Origin: Chitinophagaceae bacterium
GTDB lineage: Bacteria > Bacteroidota > Bacteroidia > Chitinophagales > Chitinophagaceae
Direction of reading: 5' to 3'
NCBI GenBank assembly: GCA_044372235.1
Contig: JBILSG010000001.1
Span: 1 to 49,871, forward strand
Length of the DNA stretch: 49,871 nucleotides
A model generated the notes under the pieces. The model worked only from the letters and a program-made list of their open reading frames with translations, ran no database searches and had not been told where the DNA came from. The position numbers were made by a program, and so were the translations under genes. Positions within the stretch are counted from its first letter, which is position 1; each line of letters opens with the position of its first letter. Below are positions 45,201 through 49,871 of this stretch, one piece after another.

Positions 45201-47035
45201 CTACGGGTCCATTCCATAAGCTGACACTCAAAGCGGTATTTAGACTTTCTAAAACTTATATGCAATTGGGTAAGTATGACCAATCCATGCAGTTGGCAGA
45301 ACAGGGAAAACAAATGACGGCGAGGTCATTGGGCGAGTCCAATCCTACCTTCTCTGATTTCATACAATTGATTGGAGAGCTTTATGATGAGAAAGGTCTT
45401 TATGATGATGCGTTGAAACAGTATACAAAAGCTTTGGAAATTGAAATCGAGTATTTTGGAGACAGCCATCCCTACATTTCGGGTTCCTATTACCTCATTG
45501 GCGGCATTTGGGAGACTAAGGGTGACTATGACAAGGCTTTGGACTATTTCGAGCGTTCGATGGCAATCAGACAAGAATATTACGGTGAATCTCACCCTAA
45601 TGTAGCCACTTCTCTTAATCGCATTGGCGACATTTGGGAGACGAAGGGCGACTATGACAAGGCTTTGGACTATTTCGAGCGTTCGATGGCTATTAGGCTT
45701 GAATATTACGGTGAATCGCACCCTAATGTGGGATTCTCACTTGACCGCATTGGTGGCATTTGGAACACCAAGGGCGACTATGACAAGGCTTTGGACTATT
45801 TCGAGCGTTCGATGGCCATTGATCTGCAATATTACGGTGAATCTCACCCTAATGTAGCCACTTCTCTTAATCGCATTGGCGACATTTGGAACACGAAGGG
45901 CGACTATGACAAGGCTTTGGACTATTTCGAGCGTTCGATGGCCATTGATCTTCAATATTACGGTGAATCTCATCCGAATGTGGCCACTTCACTCAACCGC
46001 ATTGGCGACATTTGGGAGACTAAGGGTGACTATGACAAAGCCTTTGAATGTTACGAGCGTTCGAAGGCCATTAATCTCCAATATTACGGTGAATCGCACC
46101 CGAATGTGGGGGCATCATTGGACCGCATTGGCGACATTTGGGACACGAAGGGCGATTATGACAGGGCTTTGTACTATTTTGAGCGTTCGATGGCCATTGA
46201 TCTCCAATATTACGGTGAATCTCATCCGAATGTGGCCACTTCACTCAACCGCATTGGCGGTATTTGGAAAACGAAGGGAGAATATGACAAGGCTTTGGAC
46301 TATTTCGAACGTTCGATGGCTATCAGACTTGAATATTACGGTGAATCGCATCCTGAAGTAGGAGTCTCACTGGACCGCATTGGCGGTATTTGGAAAACGA
46401 AGGGCGAATATGACAAGGCTTTGGATTACTTCGAGCGTTCTATGGCCATTGATATCCAATATTACGGTCAATCGCACCCGAATGTGGGTTGGTCCAAGGT
46501 CAGAATAGGAGAGGTCCATCAAAAGAATAATCAGTTGCATAAAGCCTATGAATATTATTCAAGTTCATTACTGATTATTGAATCCACCTATGGTGAAGGG
46601 AGCCGTGATGCTGCCAAACTGAAACGGCGGCTGGGTTTGGTAAAGGTTTTGATGGGCTCAATCAACGAGGGCATGCTTTTGATCAGACAATCAATTGATG
46701 GACTGATGGCTTCAGGCCTTGAAAAGGATGTATCATTGGCATTGGCTTACATGAATCTTGCCACAGGATACCGCCTGAATCAGGCATATGACTTGGCGCA
46801 GGAGGCAATCGGCAAGGCCATTAAGATTTTCCAGCAAAACCGCGGAGATTTTCATGTAGATACAGCAGAAGCTTATCTGGAATATGCACAGCTATTGCTT
46901 GCCACAGGGGATATCGTATCCTCCAACACCTACGCTGAAAAAGCCTATCAGATTTTCAAAGCCAAACTGGGTGAACAGCATCCCTCAACCCTTGAGGCAC
47001 AAAAATTCACAAATCAATCAAACACCAAAAAATAA
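42230..47035 (+). CDS. SAM + HEPN-like + STAND NTPase + TPR protein (NLR/Avs-like)
   Basis: 1601 aa. N-terminal SAM pattern LAEWL..LSKY..NDID..LSTEDLKELGVSLGDRKR, then PSFGNW and INFRNRHLGHG, Walker A AEAGSGKT, Walker B MILVDGANE, NPLLLRI and a TPR array. Confidence 0.9.
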   Translation: MEHTLAEWLQTHELSKYLETLVSNDIDTIELVKSLSTEDLKELGVSLGDRKRFEKAFQDTGKPSYSDFEKDVINHYPYVIAYPFKRMLDEEDGRNRLELMAYSFLNLMKYTGLVLASEYFHAPLRSKELNELFRNNLYQPSFGNWNAFVREAITILSANKLSWVFPEMVQAYQTVEIKNPKKYTVESEYTDEDGRLKLRKSELTAIGALINFRNRHLGHGMPLSKEEYAVHFTAIYPVFTDLLQAFVCLKDMHMIKSDRLNSYLLKGDMVQVDENLQQVKEDAIWIQNGSGDKLPLIPFYIIPGKFNAGHTDKTQVLVYEQNTGQRMVFYSPESIKAEATGEILERLQLLLDNKEKEEPYSVDKFNEAIFQERLRLHNSKTLTGLQKEKKVIEGIYQSRGDAEMALIGWSGAQAGFFFLAAEAGSGKTNLLIHVRERYEALGYPALLLRANRMEHTDLHSELCTVLNIQQGSDLAAYGITGTREKPFMILVDGANEHREPQELLDSAVALAEAYPGGGLKIVMSWRVNHLDQVPSASFGINATLFRAGEQQHANPLTANAFVLKPMNLVEMEGAWKTYANHVSKQYKPQFGFDDLLLADKPLVDQLSNPLLLRICMEIFHNKGLKSKPKGFTNLWKLWWKQMQTEPRESEYLLQLASLLAESGLLQMPLDRLFDHPELSKAVNNLQVDSPHQQLLRKGVISQFFHEGILQVTLTMEAAYHYVLSVSIPEEGLGERVKKNAFWEGPVKYKLWDTVYDADSSLLFDLIDEDGFPNTLTGFALAQYVLLHSPDKALQQLLSNPSGHDVEVLNMALKELEANRPKEHLLLANAVLKQAEELSSDAGISLLASLLSYGDKPIADGVYSQFIQHSEFKSDKDLRVIAAYHEKYGRNREALALLEQVAGNNEVGNQVNLEGQAELFRLMAEQWMHLGQYDKALDLVDQSQTLSARYGLLTPEKDAMLCTTRGELFGHKSLYAQALSAYQKAHDLYQKSTGPFHKLTLKAVFRLSKTYMQLGKYDQSMQLAEQGKQMTARSLGESNPTFSDFIQLIGELYDEKGLYDDALKQYTKALEIEIEYFGDSHPYISGSYYLIGGIWETKGDYDKALDYFERSMAIRQEYYGESHPNVATSLNRIGDIWETKGDYDKALDYFERSMAIRLEYYGESHPNVGFSLDRIGGIWNTKGDYDKALDYFERSMAIDLQYYGESHPNVATSLNRIGDIWNTKGDYDKALDYFERSMAIDLQYYGESHPNVATSLNRIGDIWETKGDYDKAFECYERSKAINLQYYGESHPNVGASLDRIGDIWDTKGDYDRALYYFERSMAIDLQYYGESHPNVATSLNRIGGIWKTKGEYDKALDYFERSMAIRLEYYGESHPEVGVSLDRIGGIWKTKGEYDKALDYFERSMAIDIQYYGQSHPNVGWSKVRIGEVHQKNNQLHKAYEYYSSSLLIIESTYGEGSRDAAKLKRRLGLVKVLMGSINEGMLLIRQSIDGLMASGLEKDVSLALAYMNLATGYRLNQAYDLAQEAIGKAIKIFQQNRGDFHVDTAEAYLEYAQLLLATGDIVSSNTYAEKAYQIFKAKLGEQHPSTLEAQKFTNQSNTKK
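45497..46504 (+). repeat. Eight tandem 126-bp near-identical repeats encoding 42-aa TPRs
   Basis: Units begin with ATTGG at 45497, 45623, 45749, 45875, 46001, 46127, 46253 and 46379. Core AAGGGxGAxTATGACAAGGCTTTGGACTATTTCGAGCGTTCGATGGC. Confidence 0.95.
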
Positions 47036-47040
47036 AACCA

Positions 47041-47736
47041 ATGAAACCACTCCTCACCATCACGCTCATCATCCTGTTAGCCGCCTGCAATGACACCACA
47101 GAAAAACAAAGCAGTCAGTTAAGTCCAAGCCCAATATCACCTGACCTAAATGAGGCCGCTACGGAATCTCAGGAAAATTCAGCACAGGCAGTCGCAATAG
47201 ACCTCTGCAGGTGTCTGACAGAGCCCGGCAATTCTGCCTGGTCCAACGAAAATGCAGATGCCTGTCGTGAGGCCATCAGCGCTGAATTGGGGGTTGAAAA
47301 TTGGGAGAAGGTCAATTTTTCCAAGAACCCCGAATTGAATCGCAAATGGGATGAGCTCGCCGAGAAATGCACAGGCAGCACCACAGTAGAAACCGGCATT
47401 GAAGCCATCGATGCAAACAACGAACTGATTCCCGAAATCGGTACCTCCTATGGTTATATTTGGGAATCAGTCAATCAGGAAGCGCAGCTCTATACCACGC
47501 TTGCTTTTGATGGATTGGTATTCAGAACAGCGGCATATGCCATGAACGGACAAACAGACTCGGGTAATTTTACGAAAATCCTTGACATGAACGGAAAATG
47601 GACCGCCATCGATGCCCTCAATGCCCAAGGGACCTATAGCCAAAGCACCTCATCAATCAGCTGGCAATTCAATGAAGATTACACGCAATTGACAAACAAC
47701 AAGGGGGTTGTTTTTGAGCGAATCAAAGTGAAATAA
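47041..47736 (+). CDS. Hypothetical lipoprotein
   Basis: Lipobox MKPLLTITLIILLAA|C, four further Cys (DLCRCL, ACRE, EKC), starting 5 nt after the STAND stop. Confidence 0.8.
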   Translation: MKPLLTITLIILLAACNDTTEKQSSQLSPSPISPDLNEAATESQENSAQAVAIDLCRCLTEPGNSAWSNENADACREAISAELGVENWEKVNFSKNPELNRKWDELAEKCTGSTTVETGIEAIDANNELIPEIGTSYGYIWESVNQEAQLYTTLAFDGLVFRTAAYAMNGQTDSGNFTKILDMNGKWTAIDALNAQGTYSQSTSSISWQFNEDYTQLTNNKGVVFERIKVK

Positions 47737-47771
47737 AAAGCTGTTTTCCGTAACTTGTCAAAAACAAAGTC

Positions 47772-47921
47772 ATGAGCAACCTGTTCAATAAATTGTCGAA
47801 GAGTTATCCAGGCCAGACAGATCTTTTCTGGGTGAGGCTGGTTTTGCTCTCATTCCTCACACTGGGTTTGTTTCTTTTGGTTTTCCTGCTGTTGCGGATG
47901 CTCGATAGCAAGGAAAATTGA
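47772..47921 (+). CDS. Putative 49-aa single-pass membrane protein (not in the ORF track)
   Basis: MSNLFNKLSKSYPGQTDLFWVRLVLLSFLTLGLFLLVFLLLRMLDSKEN*. A-rich leader; fills the gap between two convergent genes without overlap. Confidence 0.5.
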   Translation: MSNLFNKLSKSYPGQTDLFWVRLVLLSFLTLGLFLLVFLLLRMLDSKEN

Positions 47922-47944
47922 AACAATTATACTCAACACCGGGC

Positions 47945-48676
47945 TCAATCCAATCCATACTCCATCCGGATGGTAATGGATGCGGTTTTGTTTTTTTCAC
48001 TGGTATTGTAGGATCCCCCGTAACTATATTCTTCCGTTGAATTTCTTCCTGTAATCTGAAAAACACCCATGACAGCTTTTTTCATTTTACCAAGGTCACT
48101 GTCCACACTTTTGGCAATGGCTTCAGCACGGAGTTTGGCATCAGCAGAGGCTTTCGATAATAGGTCCATTTTAAGATCTGCCAGCCTGGTATAGTAATAG
48201 CGCGGTGCAAATGAATTCAGCTCGATTCCTTTTTCAATCAGTTCTGTAACTTCTCTCGACAAGCGCTCCACCAACGTAATATCTTTCGATTCCACTTTGA
48301 AGTTCTGTGCCAGGGCAAATCCTGAAAAGCTGTTGGATAAGACCTCTCCATTGCTGCCAAAATTGGTGTTGTATTCCTTGGTCAGATTTACTGCCCCGAA
48401 AATCATTGCAGAATCCGGTATGCCTTTCTTTTTCAGGTATTCCCTCAGCATCAACTCGTCTTGTTTGATACTGGCATAGGCTGTCTTCAGGTCCATTGAC
48501 TTCCTGTTGTAGTTGCCTTCCCAAACAATCAGGTCGCTGCTGAAATCCACTTGTGCCATCCCAACAACAGAAACCCCTTCGGCCGATTTGAAACGGTATT
48601 TGTATCCTTCCACAAGAATCAGGGAAGCAATGATGGCTGTCAGGGCAATGACGATTGGGGTGGTGAATTTGTTCAT
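47945..48676 (-). CDS. SIMPL (DUF541) domain protein
   Basis: N-terminal TM, VSVVG.A..DFSSDLIVW, PRYYYTRLADLK, DAKLRAEAIA and GVFQITG..SYGG. Confidence 0.9.
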   Translation of the reverse strand: MNKFTTPIVIALTAIIASLILVEGYKYRFKSAEGVSVVGMAQVDFSSDLIVWEGNYNRKSMDLKTAYASIKQDELMLREYLKKKGIPDSAMIFGAVNLTKEYNTNFGSNGEVLSNSFSGFALAQNFKVESKDITLVERLSREVTELIEKGIELNSFAPRYYYTRLADLKMDLLSKASADAKLRAEAIAKSVDSDLGKMKKAVMGVFQITGRNSTEEYSYGGSYNTSEKNKTASITIRMEYGLD

Positions 48677-48713
48677 GGTGGTGTGATTTCAGGTTTGCAA
48701 TACCAAGTTTGAA

Positions 48714-48721
48714 CGAATTTA
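48714..48721 (-). promoter_or_regulatory. Possible Bacteroidota -7 promoter element upstream of the SIMPL gene
   Basis: Minus-strand TAAATTCG, one mismatch from TAnnTTTG, about 40 nt upstream of the ATG. No clear -33 TTTG seen. Confidence 0.3.
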
Positions 48722-48864
48722 AGCGGATTTGCTTTTTAAAACTGACTTTTCCTGAAATGGCAGTGCAAAAAAGCATTCTTTGCAGTTGTTTCTCACAACT
48801 TCAGCCAATAGAGTTCCCTGATTTTTGTCTGATGAAAGGAAGATTGCCGCTCAAAAAAAGATTC

Positions 48865-49275
48865 TCAAACCAAATGCTTCTTCAGCTCCCTGCTATAACT
48901 GTATTCATTCCACAAGTAGAAAGCATTGGATATCGTCTTGATCTTTCCAAGTGCGGTGCGGTAGAACATTTTAAATATATACTTGGTTCTTTTTTCACTG
49001 CTTTGCTCATCATTGGGAATACTGTCTATCCTGGTTGCATTCCTTACAAGCTCTAATAAGCTGTATTCACCCTTAAATAATCCGAGAACAAGTTTCTCAT
49101 TGACAGAGATGTAAATGTATTCATCTTCCGAAAGGCGTATTACGAGTTGAAGTTTGTCTGCCTGTGTAAATAACCCTGCAAAAAAATCTTGAGTGGATTT
49201 GTTGATATACATTGTACTCAACAAACCAATCGATTCAAAGCCGTTTTCAAGGATGATATTTGGAATAGCAGGCAT
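48865..49275 (-). CDS. Hypothetical protein
   Basis: 136-aa ORF co-oriented with its neighbours, with an A-rich start context. No motif recognised. Confidence 0.55.
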   Translation of the reverse strand: MPAIPNIILENGFESIGLLSTMYINKSTQDFFAGLFTQADKLQLVIRLSEDEYIYISVNEKLVLGLFKGEYSLLELVRNATRIDSIPNDEQSSEKRTKYIFKMFYRTALGKIKTISNAFYLWNEYSYSRELKKHLV

Positions 49276-49458
49276 GAATATTTTTTACAAGGCTAACAAC
49301 AGCGTGTGAAATTTTATTTCCATTACGCTGAGGTAAATTTAATGAAAAACATTGCCATTAACAAGCCGTTTATCATTTTGTTTACCTGAATGAGTAAAAT
49401 TCGAATTTCATCAATATTATTCACGCAATTATATATGACATCTAATTTTAATTTGTTA

Positions 49459-49871
49459 TCACTTGTCCCTGATCAGTTCAATTTCACCTGTAATTTTAAC
49501 CTCGTCACTCACCAGAACACCTCCTCCATCAAGCACGGTATTCCAATGTAAGCCAAAATCTTTTCTGTTGATACTGGCACTGATGCTGAACCCAGCTTTT
49601 GTTTCACCTGCAGGATCTTTTGCAATTCCTCCGAATTCAACAATAACGGGAATATTTACAGTCACATCCCTGATGGTGAGGTCGCCATGCAACGTGAAAT
49701 TGCCTGCATGATCCATGCTGTTTAACTTGCTGGAAATGAACCTTATTTCTGGGTGATGATCTCCATCAAAAAAATCCGGACTTTTCAAATGAATATCCCG
49801 CTGGTGGTTTCCTGTATTGAGACTTTTAATTTTTCCGATAAAAGAGAGTTGAAGGTGCGTAAACTGTTCAT
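49459..49871 (-). CDS. YceI family protein, 5'-truncated by the window edge
   Basis: The frame is open to the window end. NTGNHQRDIHLKSPDFFD, GDLTIRDVT, INRKDFGLHWN and VSDEVKI. Confidence 0.93.
   Translation of the reverse strand, partial: EQFTHLQLSFIGKIKSLNTGNHQRDIHLKSPDFFDGDHHPEIRFISSKLNSMDHAGNFTLHGDLTIRDVTVNIPVIVEFGGIAKDPAGETKAGFSISASINRKDFGLHWNTVLDGGGVLVSDEVKITGEIELIRDK

Noticed and set aside
45497-46504. Regular repeats as a CRISPR array
   Set aside because: The units are contiguous 126-bp in-frame coding repeats with no unique spacers, and no cas genes are in the window.
45497-46504. Diversity-generating retroelement template/variable repeat pair
   Set aside because: There is no reverse transcriptase in the window and no non-coding template copy, and the differences are not confined to adenines.
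1-49871. Mobile element, prophage, tRNA/rRNA or intrinsic terminators
   Set aside because: I recognised no transposase, integrase, phage structural gene, terminal inverted repeats, structural RNA or convincing hairpin-plus-U-tract by eye. Weak signals could have been missed without computation.

Overview
The window looks like Bacteroidota DNA: A-rich start contexts without Shine-Dalgarno, signal peptides followed by Gln, and DUF4407/DUF350/SIMPL/YceI-type genes. It is dominated by a ~47 kb accessory, defence/conflict-like island. Contents in order: (i) a cluster of NLR-like STAND NTPases carrying N-terminal HEPN-like RxxxxH motifs and C-terminal TPR/helical repeats (1009-6123 and 9506-13543, with a further paralog at 42230-47035), plus a partial TPR gene at the left edge and an NTPase-less paralog at 6126-9362; (ii) a K+ channel and a TerY-P triad (vWA, PP2C-like phosphatase, kinase) followed by a membrane TPR protein; (iii) a three-gene module in which a HEPN-TM-CsgG/FlgO-like protein is followed by two secreted paralogs with near-identical CsgG/FlgO-like N-termini and divergent AT-rich C-termini, which is my best candidate for an undescribed transmembrane signalling/defence system; (iv) two housekeeping genes; (v) a tightly coupled nine-gene envelope operon (DUF4407-like x2, OmpA, transglutaminase-like, DUF350, DUF481 barrel, a 7TM-anchored degenerate STAND, and a possible nuclease); (vi) ordinary genes at the right end. 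I saw no rRNA, tRNA, CRISPR array, transposase or integrase. All domain calls come from motif recognition by eye; no database search was run.
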